64,000 nucleotides of DNA from Tubulanus polymorphus (GCF_964204645.1 NC_134027.1:23336560-23400559); one strand, 5' to 3'; positions 19,673-34,400 are shown, counted from the first letter of the stretch. The notes: generated by a model from the sequence alone, not told the origin. Program-made: numbers and translations.

Positions 19673-21690
19673 AGCATCGCCCGTTACAACAACCTCCAGC
19701 GCTTATCCCGATGCATCCTGTCTCACCCTTTTGAAGGCAAGCTGAAAAATCATTTCAACCGATCATTTGTTGAACCACTGATTTAATTAAAATCTATGGT
19801 TTATACTGAGGTGGATTATTTGCTGGAGGCAGGGAATAGTAAAAGAATTAGATAGTTGAGACTGTTTTCAGTCTGGATTATAGTCGTTACACCCACAATA
19901 TAGATTCAACAAACAGTTAGTTATTACTTTTGTCCTGACGTTTCGGGAGGATTACTTTCACCCATCTTCGGAGATTTAACATTTGAGATTGCTATCATTC
20001 ATCATTAATTATTTGATTTATTTGATTTATGCAAATTAATCTCTGAAGATGGATGTAAGTAATCCTCCTGAAACGTCAGAACAGTAAAAGAAGTCAAAAT
20101 GTTAGCGATGTAGATCTGATGAAATGTGTCGAAATAGCAAATAATATTATGACGCCTTCAATTCGTAATATTCTAAACCCGAATCCATACCTATACAATA
20201 TATCCTTTTTATGTCTATCACAGGCTCTATATTGCAATAGTCGGGAAAAGTATCTTACAGAAAGGCGAAAAGATGCTTTTTTCTGATGGCCGGCCGGTTT
20301 GTTAAAACAAGTTAGAATTGACCCTCGCAAAGTTTTTATTACCAAAATTATTCAGTTCAAAAAAAAACTAAAATAATTGCCCGCAGCATGTTCGATATTA
20401 CTCTCATGTCGCATTGTTGCACATTTTGAACGATCAATTTTACATTTAAAACAACTAGATATATTCCATGTAATCTGAATGTTGCTAAAGTCGTCAAAAT
20501 ACCGGTGAAATATGATAAATATGCATCACAAATAGTTTTGTATTACGGAAGCGTCTTGGGGATTGATATTCGTACAATAGAACAATTTCAGCGTTTAATC
20601 TGTGTTAGCAACTTAATTTTCTTTCGATGATTATTAGATTAAAACACTCGGAATATACTTTTTGACTAATGTAGCTCATCCCGAGTTGCTAAATTGGAAC
20701 GCATCACTAAAATCGCGCTCTTCAGTGGGAAACAAAACTGTCAAATCTATTCAAATTTACTAAGTCGGAATAAATCTCGAAATGCTTCTCTTGCAAATAT
20801 TTCCCCAAACGAACGGGATTGTTTACTCACCATAGCCGCTCATCGCGCACATTGCCAAAACTCCCAATAACAGGATCAATCTCGCTACAGTAATTATGTT
20901 CATCATATCGGTTTGCGTCTAACGTTTCTAAAAATGATTCTAAAATTATTTAACGTTTCTAAAATATCCTTTTCAGAATAGTTAAGTCTTACCTAAAAGA
21001 GTAACCATTTCGAATACGAGAAGCTTGAAGTCTTGTTATCGATGTAATGGTTGTTGATACGAATACGTTTTTGTTCTTTGAATATGTGGCCGATTCGCGC
21101 CTCATTAAAAGATTTCAATCATTTTATACATTTTTACATTTTGTTTTAATCCACGTTAAAACCAATTTTGTTTTAACGTAGTGATTTTCGTTTTAACGCC
21201 CAAGTTAAAACTAACTTTTTTATTTTTAAGCGACTTCGGGCTAGGCCTAAACTACAAGAACAAAATCATGACACACAATATCAACATGTTGTTTAGATGA
21301 CAAATAGTATAAGCTTTGGCGCGGCCCTAAATCGACAAACACCACGTTAAAACGAATATTTCGTTCAAACGCCCTTCAAAGCACAGAGCGTTTGATTTTG
21401 TGAAAATGTGTCGTTCAAACGAAAAGTGAAAAAGATTGATGGGGAAATTCAGCGACATTTTTTCTTTTTTCGATGAGACCCGAACCAGCCACCCAACGTA
21501 CCTAAGCCGAAATAGATATTTCAATAGACTATTGTAATGGTACCAGTTTGATAGAAAACCATTCTGAGAACCGTACCTACCTTTTCGTTGAAAAAGAATG
21601 ATGTCGACAACTTACCTCCAGCAGCAGGGTTTCCAGTTAGGGTGTTTTGCGACGCTGAATCCTGTACGTTTTATGGAATGCGAAGAGTTC

Positions 21691-22218
21691 TATTGGGGTG
21701 ATAAATTAGTAGTTTGCATAGAGGGAGGGAAGCCAGAGTTCAGGGCAGTGGCTGAAGTTAGTAAACAACCTACGTAGATGCTTACGTCGCACACAAGACA
21801 CTGAATAGAAGATAGGTGAAAGTGACGTGAGTATCTGCGTAAGGTTGCTGGTTATAGTGGCAGCCTTGAGCTCTGGTATGGCTAGGAAGTAAACAAGTAA
21901 TAAACTCGTGACGTATAACATATGTAGAAGTATACGTCCCGAGTAACATGAAATAAGATAAAAAGAGAGGGTCAGCACAGTAAGGGGGAGAGAGATGCTA
22001 GAGTGGTGGAGAAGGCTAAAAATACGAGCTGTAGGAAGGAATAAGAATTGTGCGGGAAAATAAAGAAAGAACGTAGACCCACGAGAAGAGTTGTTATTAT
22101 TCCGGAGTCAGAGGGATATCACTTATCGGATTAATCGGAACCAACAACGACAACACGAGGGGAGAACGCAACGTGGCCCCCACAACATTGTTGGAGAACC
22201 GAAAGCAACCCCACAACA
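21691..22218 (+). mobile_element. Solo-LTR-like insertion (528 bp) with 4 bp TSD GTTC
   Basis: Absent from the mirror arm (about 25146-25149). Termini TAttgggg...ccccacaaCA; AATAAA near 22058; GTTC on both sides. Confidence 0.7.
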
Positions 22219-22368
22219 GTTCCACTTACATATCGGATTTCGAATGTTTCAGCACTTCTGGCACAAAATCAATTTGTATGATATTTGATCAGTGACTGCG
22301 GAACAATCGCTGGTGACCAGATCGATATCGCTCACCAATTCAAATAATAACAAAATAGTGATCTCGGA

Positions 22369-22369
<1 letters not shown>

Positions 22370-22446
<77 letters not shown>
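22370..22446. repeat. (TA)n microsatellite
   Basis: Pure TA run; the mirror arm has only a short TA stretch near 25010. Confidence 0.95.
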
Positions 22447-22448
<2 letters not shown>

Positions 22449-22826
22449 TCCGAGATCACTATTTTAGTTTTTCTTATCAGTTACGTTGCCGCTATGTACC
22501 CATCGTCGTGGATACGAGTTCTAAACGTTGGCCTCAAGTTTGACACCCGATGTAGGACAGGTTTTAGTTTAGGTTTTTTTTAACTACGGCTTAGTAAAAA
22601 TGAATTCCAAACGATGGTATTTTTGCGATGGTTAAAAAGAATAGAAAGTGAGTTAGTTTTTTTTTCGGTAGCAGTTGTGTAAAAGGAAAAAAGCTGTGTA
22701 AAAATATCTTCATATACTCCGAACACGGTTAACCTCGATATGAAATCTACAAATATACTTTAACTCGTAGGCGACATAAATATGGCGACTTGTCGAGTTG
22801 GAACGCGACAACTCGAGGCCCTTTAT

Positions 22827-24680
22827 TACGGAAGCGATAAGGGGCCTCGAGATGTCGCGTTCCAACTCGACAAGTCGTCATATTTATGTCGACATACCGC
22901 GATATATCGCGTCACGTCGACATGAATATGTCGATATATCGTGACGTTTTCACGACAAATTTCGCTTTTTCGCCCATTTTCCACGGGACAAAGCGTCATT
23001 TGAAGACATGTCTAAATGTAAGATGAGGACACCAGTAATATGACGACTGAGTTTCAAGTCGTCGTGAATATGTCGACTTGTCGCGAGGAAAGTGGTCGAG
23101 AAAGCGAAATTTGTCGTGAAAACGTCACGATATGACGACATATTCATGTCGACTTGACGCGATATATCGCGATATGTCGACATAAATATGGCGACTTGAC
23201 GAGTTGGAACGCGACAACTCGATGCCCCTTATCGCTTTCGTACTTTATCGCTTCCGTACGCCCATTTTCCACGGGACAAACCGTCATTTGAAGACATGTC
23301 TAAATGTAAGATGAGGATGCCAGTAACGTAAATATGACGACTTGTCGAGTTGGAACGCGACATCTCCAGGCCCTTTATCGCTTCCGTAAATGATGATGGA
23401 TCCATAGCGGACAAGAAACTGATATGTGGACAAAATGTTCCACAATATCGATTGGTTTGATATATATTAAAATCTACCATCCAAGGTCACTTTTTTTTTT
23501 TTATTCGAATTGGTGACATTCGTCCGTTAAACATCTGTTGGTTGAGTGGTATCGATCTTATCGTCAACCATTGTTCCACAGTTGCTGATCAAATATAGCA
23601 TAAATTGATTTAATGTCAGAAGTGTTGAAACATTCGAAGCTGTAATGGCGTTTTAATGTAGTTAATCAATTTGCAGTTTATTTGGTTTTTTTTTTTGATT
23701 CGTGATCCCCAACGAACCGGATACTCCGTGGTGTCGTGAACACAAAACCAAAATATAATGCAGGGCAACGTACGGAAGCGATAAAGGGCCTCGAGTTGTC
23801 GCGTTCCAACTCGACAAGTCGCCATATTTATGTCGACATACCGCGATATATCGCGTCATGTCGACATGAATATGTCGACATATCGTGACGTTTTGACGAC
23901 ATATTTCGTTTTCACGACCATTTTCCTCGCGACAAGTCGACATATTCATGACGACTTGAAAATCAGTCGTCATATCACTGGTGTCCTCATCTTACATTAG
24001 ACAAGTCTTCAAATGACGGCTTGTCTCGTGGAAAATGGGCGAAAAAGCGAAATTTGTCGTGAAAACGTCACGATATGTCGACATATTCATGTCGACTTGA
24101 CGCGATATATCGCGATATATCGACATGAATATGGCGACTTGGCGAGTTTGAACGCGAGAACTAGAGGCCCTTTATCGCTTCCGTAGCTTCCGTAGCAACG
24201 ATAAGGGGTTTTCTGCCTAAAATCGAGGATGCATTTTTAAAAATCGGTTTGTAGAACCGATTTTTAGGGAAGCGATAAAGGGCCTCGAGATGTCGCGTTC
24301 CAACTCGACAAGTCGCCATATTTATGTCGACATATCGTGATATATCGCGTCAAGTCGACATGAATATGTCGTCATATCGTGACGTTTTCACGACAAATTT
24401 CGCTTTCTCGACCACTTTCCTCGCGACAAGTCGACATATTCACGACGACTTGAAACTCAGTCGTCATATTACTGGTGTCCTCATCTTACATTTAGACATG
24501 TCTTCAAATGACTGTTTGTCCCGTGGAAAATGGGCGAAAAAGCGAAATTTGTCGTGAAAACGTCACGATATATCGACATATTCATGTCGACGTGACGCGA
24601 TATATCGCGGTATGTCGACATAAATATGACGACTTGTCGAGTTGGAACGCGACATCTCGAGGCCCCTTATCGCTACCGTA
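22827..24680. mobile_element. Cluster of three ~415 bp palindromic MITEs (22827-23242, 23771-24185, 24265-24680) plus fragments
   Basis: Termini TACGGAAGCGATAAAGGGCCTCGAG...GAGGCCCTTTATCGCTTCCGTA, long TIRs rich in GTCGAC/CGCG, and TA flanks (Tc1/mariner-like). An internal fragment also occurs at about 57607-57679. Confidence 0.8.
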
Positions 24681-25982
24681 CTTCCGTACCTACGAGTTAA
24701 AGTATATTTGTAGATTTCATATCGAGGTTAACCGTGTTCGGAGTATATGAAGATATTTTTACACAGCTTTTTTCCTTTTACACAACTGCTACCGAAAAAA
24801 AACTAACTCACTTTCTATTCTTTTTAACCATCGCAAAAAATACGTTTGGAATTCATTTTTACTAAGCCGTAGTTAAAAGCAACCTAAACTAAAACCTGTC
24901 CTACATCGGGTGTCAAACTTGAGGCCAACGTTTATAACTCGTATCCACGACGATGGGTACTGGCGGCAACGTAACTGATAAGAAAAACTGTACCATATGG
25001 ATTGGTTTGATATATCTATATCATCCGAGATCACTAATTTTGTTATTATTCGAATTGGTGAGCGATCGCAGTTACCGATCAAATATCATACAAATTGATT
25101 TTGTGCCAGAAGTGCTGAAACATTCGAAACCCGATACGTAAGTGGAACTCTTCGCACTCCATAAAACGTACAGGATTCAGCGTCGCAAAACACCCTAACT
25201 GGAAACCCTGCTGCTGGAGGTAAGTTGTCGACATCATTCTTTTTCAACGAATAGGTACGTACGGTTCTCAGAATGGTTTTCTATCAAACTGGTACCATCA
25301 CAATAGTCTATTGAAATATCTATTTCGGCTTAGGTACGTTGGGTGGCTGGTTCGGGTCTCATTGAAAAGAGAAAAAATGTCGATGAATTTCCCCATCAAT
25401 CTTTTTCACTTTTCGTTTGAACGACACATTTTCACAAAATCAAACGCTCTGTGCTTTGAAGAACAAAAACGTATTCGTATCAACAACCATTACATCGATA
25501 ACAAGACTTCAAGCTTCTCGTATTCGAAATGGTTACTCTTTTAGTTGAGACTTAACTATTCTGAAAAGGATACAATCATCATTTTTAGAAACGTTAGACG
25601 CAAACCGATATGATGAACATGATTACTGTAGCGAGATTGATCCTGTTATTGGGAGTTTTGGCAATGTGCGCGATGAGCGGCTATGGTGAGTAAACAATCC
25701 CGTTCGTTTGGGGAAATATTTGCAAGAGAAGCATTTCGAGTTTTATTCCGACTTAGTTAATTTGAATAGATTTGACAGTTTTTTTTCTCACTGAAGAGCG
25801 CGATTTTGGAGATGCGTTCCGATTTAGCAACTCGGGATGAGCTACATTAGTCAAAAAGTATATTCCGAGCGTTTTAATCTAATAATCATCGGAAGAAAAT
25901 TAATTTAAGTTGCTAACACAGATTAAACGCTGAAATTGTTCTATTGTACGAATATCAATCCCCAAGACGCTTCCGTAATACA

Positions 25983-26650
25983 GTTCGTTAGTTTGGTTTA
26001 TTATACATCATAATCACTACAACATGAACGTCAATAAAGCAAGTTCAATAAGAAAAGTAGATAAAAGGGAGTACAAAAACAAAGCTAAGTATGATATAGA
26101 TAGTTTTTTACTTCTCCTGGCATCCATCGACTTATATTAATTACATTACCATATTATCATCTGTAATTTTCTAATGTAATTTAATTCGTAAATAAAGAAT
26201 AATAATAGTAATAATAATAATAAGATTGAATGATTACAAGTTAGTAACGGTATCGCATTATGATGAATTTAATTGTATTAGAAAGTTCAGCGATGTTCTG
26301 ATTTTCAAATCTACCTAAATTCAATCATACGAACTTCGTTGTTATTTACATCATACATCGTGAAACACCAAGAAACATCTTGAATACTAATAATCATCCA
26401 ATTTAGATATTTGGTTCTCCTAGCGTTAGTTATACAACTAGAACATAACATGTATGAAATCTTCAATTATTCGTATTCAATGCCCGTTTTAACCGTCATT
26501 AGTCTGTTGGATCAGCACTTTACGACATAGTGCGTCAGTTCTTCCCAATCAATTTGATAAATACCCGTAGAAAAAGATTTTTATGGTTGCTATCCACCGT
26601 ATTAGGGTACTTTTGTCCTGTATTGTCCGCTAATTTTTTTCTTTTTTTTC
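25983..26650 (-). other. ~670 bp indel present only in the right arm of the inverted repeat
   Basis: The left arm reads ...gttttgtattacgg... (about 20540) uninterrupted. The minus strand ends AATAAACCAAACTAACGAAC, like a retroposon 3' tail. Confidence 0.5.
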
Positions 26651-29600
26651 AAAACTATTTGTGATGCATATTTATCATATTTCACCGGTATTTTGACGAC
26701 TTAGGCAACATTCAGATTACATGGAATATATCTAGTTGTTTTAAATGTAAAATTGATCGTTCAAAATGTGCAACAATGCGACATGAGAGTGATATCGAAC
26801 ATGCTGCGGGCAATTATTTTAGTTTTTTTTTTGAACTGAATAATTTTGGTAATAAAAACTTTGCGAGGGTCAATTTTAACTTGTTTTAACAAACCGGCCG
26901 GCCATCAGAAAAAAGCATCTTTTCGCCTTTCTGTAAGATACTTTTCCCGACTATTGCAATATAGAGCCTGTGATAGACATAAAAAGGATATATTGTATAG
27001 GTATGGATTCGGGTTTAGAATATTACGAATTGAAGGCGTCATAATATTATTTGCTATTTCGACACATTTCATCAGATCTACATCGCTAACATTTTGACTT
27101 CTTTTACTGTTCTGACGTTTCGGGAGGATTACTTACATCCATCTGCAGAGATTTATTTGCATAAATCAAATAAATCAAATAATTAATGATGAATGATAGC
27201 AATCTCAAATGTTCAATCTCCGAAGATGGGTGAAAGTAATCTTCCGGAAACGTCAGGACAAAAGTAATAACTAACTGTTTGTTGAATTTATATTGTGGGT
27301 GTAACGACTATAATCCAGACTAAAAACAGTCTCAACTATCTAATTCTTTTACTATTCCCTGCCTCCAGCAAATAATCCGCCTCAGTATAAACCATAGATT
27401 TTAATTAAATCAGTGGTTCAACAAATGATCGGTTGAAATGATTTTTCAGCTTGCCTTCAAAAGGGTCAGACAGGATGCATCGGAATAAGCGCTGGAGGTT
27501 GTTGTAACGGGCGATGCTTGAGCGGTACTTGTGTTGGTCGTTAAACGGGTTCAACTAAAACGCATGGACTACTGTTCCGAATGTACGTAACTTTCGGAGA
27601 CGTCAAAAAGCTATGAATAAAGTCTAAATATTCAAATTCATCGGTTTTCCTTAGTTTTGTTCGTGGTTCACTTTATTCGAGAAGTAAACGTAGATTCCAA
27701 CTTAACGTATCTTATCTACATCGGCAGACATCGTTAATATAGTTACAGTTTTTAGAACCGTATCCGAGAGGTATGGATGAGGTTGCAGGCGATATAAGTT
27801 GCTAAAACAGCTTGTAATAAACAGTCAGGGGACCGATCAAATATAGTGTGGAACCAACGATGCGGTATTCGTACAGAAAGCGATTTTTCGGACAAACTAT
27901 GAGTCCGGCAGCTAATCAGACACCGTGAACAAAAGAAACACGTGGTATTTCTATTTCAGTAAAAATACAGACAATTCGACTGGTTCAAGTCAGCGTTCAC
28001 CGGGGCATCTTTATACACTAAACTCAATATTAAATACTCAAAATGATTAGATTACGAATTATCAAAAATAAGTACTAATGGTATGAATTCTCTAGTTCCT
28101 CCTGCTTTTTGGCGGTTATTCGAGGGGGAGTGATGTTTTAGTTAACTTCGTTTGAATGGAAATAAAAGCATCGAAGTGTCTGAAACAGTACGTTGTATTA
28201 TGAAGTTGACTCTCCTCGGAGGACAAGGACCACAGGCGCTGAAACTAAATGAATAACGACTTATAGGCGTAGAGTAAATGCTTTTTTGATATAGATAAAT
28301 TGCAGAGTTTTTTTTAAATCACAAATTCAAAAACACCAATGCGCAGAAGGCGGTGTTTATTGAACATAAACAATAAACAATATAGTTACTGCTCTATGCG
28401 GAACATTGGATTGTCGGTTATGCTCACTCTCGCTCCGACTTTTATAGTTGAAATGAGTAATCCAATGTTATATTGAACATTGTCTTAGAAATATTCAACA
28501 AGCCGCTGGTAAGATAGATGCTTAGACAATTCGGGGACGCAGCGAAATAGATCAGTGCTAAGTATCGTACAAATACGTGTCTGTCAGTTGATACTGGTAT
28601 TATAGGGAAATCTAACAATGAACTCACTAACTACACAAAAACAACAGACATTATAACTTAATCATTAAACATCAAAACAACCTACTCCCTGGTGGGACAT
28701 CATGGAATGCAGGCATTTCAACAAAAGAAAAAAAAACGAGGGTCCACGGATGCCGTGCCCATTAAGGAAGTGGCACTGCAATGCTCGACAATCCCAATCT
28801 CGACAATTTGACCATTCAGTGCCCCATTGGTGAAATACATGACATTGATACTTACAGAATCTCTGAACATATTCTGAGCTGAAATTGAAAGATTATCACT
28901 ACAAAATATGCATTCTGGTTTCAAACATGAAAAATATGCGTGACTGTTATTTAAGATTATCGAATCCCAAAACTGTATAACTAATAACCAATCACATAAT
29001 AATTACGCATCCACATTCTGCTGAGTCATATTTGTATAATTTGTGTATATTTTTGTTACGGCACTTTGTTTGATTTTTTGTATGGGTGCTAGCGTTAAGC
29101 GGCCTTTCTGGCTTTGCTAGGCCTGTGTAGATTGTATATATGTTTACATATTGTATTCTATGCAAATAAATCTATTGACTCATTGAATTGAAATCACGCT
29201 TCGTGAGGCCAGGGGGCTGGTGGAAGCGAGTTCGGGAGCGAGGATGCATAGTGCCAGGCGCGACATGAATACGCGCGTTTTTCATACAGTGAAATAAGTT
29301 TCTTTGAATGAAATAAACTTTTTCATAGATTTTCATTTATGTTATAATCGGTCCAATAATTATGACTAAAAATTATTTGAAAGTGGTACACATTGGTCTG
29401 TCGATCATTTTTACTATAACCGGCCATAACAAATCGATCTGACGTATCATTGTCCCTGCCTACCACTGTCTGGGGCGTCAAGTCTCACCGTAGTGCTGCC
29501 CAGCGCAGTTGTTACAACGGATCTGCATAATTTATAGAGAAGTAGAATGAACAATGTAACATGTTTTCGTTGATATCATAAAAAACTGTACCTCGAGAGC

Positions 29601-30374
29601 ACAGGACCTTTGGTCCTCTAGTCTATTTAATGTTTCAAATGGCACGTTAAGTCTAGTTTAGGTCGATCTGCAATGCGACGGATACCGACGCAACTGAAAG
29701 ATGAGGAAATGTGATCGCAGCCCGGCGTATGTCGCCTGCGTTCTGATTTCCAGCAACTGAGGCTGACCATTTAGGTATGAGATCCGGCAACTAGCATTTT
29801 TTCTCAGCGCGCCGGTTACGATCACTGACAAACTGAATCAGCTGTAGATGGTCATGTGATGAACATTTTGAAAAACAATTCAATATTCTTATAAAATGGC
29901 TTATCCATTGGACCACTATATCCACTATATTGTAATCCATACCTGTTGGTACCTATTTAATAAACTGTTCTTATTTGGCGTTACGGAAAATGCGCAATAT
30001 TCGTGCATCTCACTTTCATAAACACAATGAAAACGATTTTTCTACACCACAAAATCCGGACTTTAATAAACGCTTATCAAGTGTATACAAACTTTCCAAC
30101 GATTAAAATCAAACATGATTTTATATCATATGAATATTATAATTAAGTGGAAATATAATTCGTGAACGATCGATCTGTTTTTACATGTACAATCTTCATC
30201 ATCTTGCCTTGGCTGAAATAAATAAAAAGGCCGTTGAATTGATAAAACATCGCATATTACCTCAATCTAATATAGACATGGCTAAACTGATACCTTGAAC
30301 TGATAACAAATTTTACTGGAATTTACAAAATTGCCCGAACGCAGCGGAAAAACGAGGTATCATTTTTTCTAGCC

Positions 30375-30981
30375 TAAAGCCGGGCGTAGGTCGGCCTTGC
30401 GACAGCTTAAGGATGGTTGACGGTGAGTGAGGTTTGTGAGTTGACCGGTATCGAATATGGCTGACTGTGAACGAGTTTTAGAGTTGCCCAGTTCTGGACT
30501 GGGTTGATGCGGGGATTATCAGTTCGGGGGATGGGGGTTAATGCGGAGGATTTGCTATTTTTTACCTTCTACTTGCGTTCGCCCAGTTCGTTATAAGTCT
30601 CAGGTTGAATTTCTTCCTCGATGACCTCTTCTGTTGTATCTACGAAAGAAGATAGAGAATGGATTTTAAGCCGGGCGTAGGTCGGCCATGCGACGGCTTG
30701 CGACACGCTGCGACCGCCAGCGATGGATCGCGTCGCAACGACCTACCGACCTACGCTACCTTGCGCCTGTCAGCGACGGGTTGCGACTGCCAGCGACGCC
30801 AGTCGCAATGAGTCGCACATGTTCTACTTTCTGCGACGCGACCTTCGCTACCGAACTACGCGCTCTTGCGACTGGCAGCAACTAGTCGCACACAGTCGCT
30901 GACAATCGCGTCGCAACCGACTTACGCCCCCACTTGTGACGCAACGCGACGATCGCGTCGCAAGGCCGACCTACGGCTTTA
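30375..30981. mobile_element. PIF/Harbinger-like MITE(s), TAAAGCCGGGCGTAGGTCGGCC...GGCCGACCTACGGCTTTA
   Basis: Left end duplicated at 30375 and 30667; TTGCGAC/GTCGCAA subterminal repeats; degenerate relative at about 62315-62450. Confidence 0.65.
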
Positions 30982-31047
30982 GAAGAGGCGCATCCGTCGG
31001 TAGAGATATGAATGTATGGTATACCAATTGAAGAAGGCAATATAAGG

Positions 31048-31235
31048 AGAGGCGCAGTGGCCGGTTCACTGGTCTCGTCAATCCAGGGTTTAAGGGTTCA
31101 AACCCTGGTGGCAACAGAGTTTCTTGGTCGAAGGTTCTTCTCTGGTCTCTTCCCAATTGGGAAAAAGAAACATCGAACCCGCTTAAAATGCCCTGCATGG
31201 CGCTCAGCGGGTTGAGGGTGTTAAAAAAGGAAGGT
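31048..31235 (+). mobile_element. tRNA-derived SINE
   Basis: GGCGCAGTGG A-box-like and GGTTCAAACCC B-box-like head; CCTGCATGGCGCTCAGC body motif. Confidence 0.55.
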
Positions 31236-31447
31236 AATATTTTCACCACACGGTTTCATAGCCTAAGCATCTAAGTCGTATCCCAAGGGGTATATCCTCA
31301 ATCTGGTGGGTGACAAACACCATAAGTAACAATGGGAAACATCGGTAATAACTGAAGATTTTCGATACGTTCCCAGGGATTCCACATCTATGAAACCTAC
31401 ACCAGAAGATTTAAAGGCTTCATTCTATATTCAAAAAACGGGAATAA

Positions 31448-34400
31448 TCAATTACCATCTGCAGAATCTCCGTTCATCAATTCATCCCAATTTACTTCTC
31501 TTTTTCCTGCAAATAATTGATATCGGTGATTCTTTCCAAGTTCTGCTCAGCATTCAAATTCATCATAGGTAACAGAGGAACTGGTGTCGATGTCAATAGA
31601 TCGATTTTTAAGACTGATATTCAATACTTTCTATCACGAAGATTAAACAAATTTGAATCAAACAAAGCGTTTACTAGAACCCTCGGCCTGGTGATGTTCG
31701 GATTTGATTACTTCTTCTTCAACTTCTTCTTGTTGATCTGAAAAATATGTAAATAAACATTTCAACACTACATTGAAAAACCGAGGAATAAATAATTGTG
31801 GCGAAATAAACATATTTACCATCGCTTCCATTCATAAGTTCATCCCAGTTCACTTCTCGCTTTTCTGTAATTTGAATATGTACCAGAGGTTTTTTAGGCC
31901 TGTTAATCAAATAGGATGGATACTTTAGGTCGCAAACGGTCCTAAAGACTGGTCTTAGACTATCATATTAGCCTGGCCTTAATCGACTGACGCTAGACCT
32001 GGGACCTGGACGAAGTTCTACGTTCAGATTCATCATAACGAACTGTGGAACTGCGTCAAATTCAATAAATTGATGTTTAAAACGGATATTCGATAACTTC
32101 TATCACCAAGATTTGGATTATCAACAAAGCACTTACTAGAGCCCTCCGCCTGGTGATTTTCGGCAACGATTGTTTCTTCTTTAACTTCTTCTTGTTGATC
32201 TGAAAATACGAAAAGCCACATTTCAACAACATCGGTAAACCTCACGAGGTATATAATATATACAAGATTTCAGCAAAATAAACATTTTTACCATCACTTC
32301 CGTTCATAAGTTCATCCCAGTTCACATCTCGCTTTTCTGTAATGTACCACACGTTTTAATAGGGCTTAACAATCAGATGATGGAGACCTTGAGTCGCCAG
32401 TGGCCCTGTTTTTGATAGATTGTCATATTATCCTGGCCTTTAACCATCCACTGACTGACTGTATATACTTCCGTGAACGCTAAAGATTCGACTCAAGAGT
32501 TGGAAATGGCCGCAGTTTTGCTTTACATTCAGTTATCGTGGATACGGTGAAATTGACAAAGTAAATGAAGGGATTTTTTCAGAAAGATATGTATTTCTTT
32601 CAACCACGAAGCCAGATTTGAATTTGACAAAGCACTTACTTGAGCCCTCGGCCTGGTGATTTTCGGCTTCGATTACTTCTTCAACTTCTTCTTTTTGATC
32701 TGAAAATACGAAAAGCCACATTTCAACAACATTGGTAAATAACACGAGGAATGTAATATATACAAGATTTTGGATAAATAAACATTTTTACCATCGCTTC
32801 CATTCATAAGTTCATCCCAGTTCACTTCTCGTTTTTCTGAAATTTAGATAGGTACCAGGGCCCGGATTTATAGACTGGCATTAACTTTAACCCGGGGGCT
32901 AACTCAATTCAGCTTCAATTGAGTTAGCCCCCGGGCTAAAGATAATACCAGTCTATAAAACCGGGCCCAGATGTTTTAACGGGGCATAATAATCAGTTAC
33001 GATTGAGACTTTAGCCGCGATCACACGGAGACGATTTGGCCTGGGCCAAATTGGCACGGATCAGGCTCGGGCCATATTTTGGCCCTTGCCTAATTAGAGA
33101 GCGCGTTCACACGCAAACCATTCACTCGATACTAAACAATGCTCAAACAAAGCGAAGTGGATCATTTCCGGTGCCAATTCAAACGCAATCATATGTCTGG
33201 TGCTAAAATTTGGCTCGAGCCTGATCCCTAGGCTCCCTAGGCTCAGGCCCATTTGGCATCCATGTGAACAGTTGTTCCGGGCCAAATCTGGCACGGGCCA
33301 AAAATGCTCGTGTGATCGCGGCTCTTGAGTCGCCAGTCGCCCGAAACTAAAGACTGGTCTCACGTAGATTGTCATATTACCCTGGCCTTCAATCACCGAC
33401 AGACTCATTTCCGTGATCTCTTCGCTTAAGATTATTAGACTCAAGAGTTGGAAATGGCTGCAGTAGTGCTCTACGCGGTAGAACCGCTAGCAAACTCAAT
33501 GAAGTGATTTTTTCACACAGATATGCTTTTACTTCAATCACGAATAAGCCAAATTTGAATTTGACAAAGCACTTACTAGAGCCCTCGGCCTGGTGATTTT
33601 CAGCTTCGATTACTTCTTCAACTTCTTCCTTTTGATCTGAATAATACGAAAAGCCATATTTCAACAACATTGGTAACTAACACGAGGAATGTAATATATA
33701 CAAGATTTCGGAGAAATAAACATTTTTACCATCACTTCCATTCATAAGTTCATCCCAGTTCACTTCTCGTTTTTCTGAAATTTAGATATGTACCAGGGCC
33801 CGGTTTTATAGACTGGCATTAACTTTAACCCGGGGGCTAACATGATTCAGTTTCAATTGAGTTAGCCCCCCGGGTTAAAGATAATACCAGTCTATAAAAA
33901 CGGGCCCAGATATTTTAACAGGGCATAATAATCAGTTATGATTGAGACCACGGAGACGATTTGGCCTGGGCCAAATTGGCACGGATCAGGGTCGGGCCAA
34001 ATTTGGTCCGTGCCTAATAGGAGAGCGCGTTCACACGCAAACCATTCACTCGATACTTAACAATGCTCAAACAAAGCGAAGTGGATCATTTCCGGTGCCA
34101 GTTGCAATTCAGACGCAATCATTTGGCTGGGGCTTAAATTTGGCTCGAGCCTGGTCCGGCGTTTTTGGTCGGGCCAAATTTGGCCCGGGCCAATTTGGCA
34201 CCCGTGTGAACAGTTGTGTCGGGCTAAATCTGGCACGGGCCAAAAATGCTCGTGTGATCGCGGCTCTTGAGTCGCCAGTGAACCGAAACTAAAGACTGGT
34301 CTTACGTAGATTGTCTAGATGGCTGCAGTAGTGGTCTACACGGTAGAACCGCTAGCAAACTCAATGCAGTGATTTTTTCACACAGATATGCTTTTACTTC

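Larger units (their letters stand above)
1..28141. repeat. Large host inverted duplication (left arm 1-617 plus 19673-~23242; right arm ~24265-28141; continues left of the window)
   Basis: Position 1 mirrors 28141, and 19679-20540 mirrors 26651-27512. The same 83 aa ORF appears at 20094(-) and 26846(+). Central spacer is about 1 kb. Confidence 0.95.

Noticed and set aside
22249-22583. (YI)n ORFs here and at 54129-54432
   Set aside because: They are translations of (TA)n microsatellites.
22950-24750. Several similar 70-100 aa ORFs
   Set aside because: They lie within palindromic non-coding MITE copies.
20094-27097. Identical 83 aa ORFs at 20094(-) and 26846(+), and the 65/77 aa pair at 21327 and 25311
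   Set aside because: The identity comes from the inverted duplication; the starts are non-ATG and there are no recognisable domains.
28718-28924. LINE ORF2 C-terminal relic (PECIFC..LSI)
   Set aside because: Only a few residues resemble the CCHC tail, which is too little to call.
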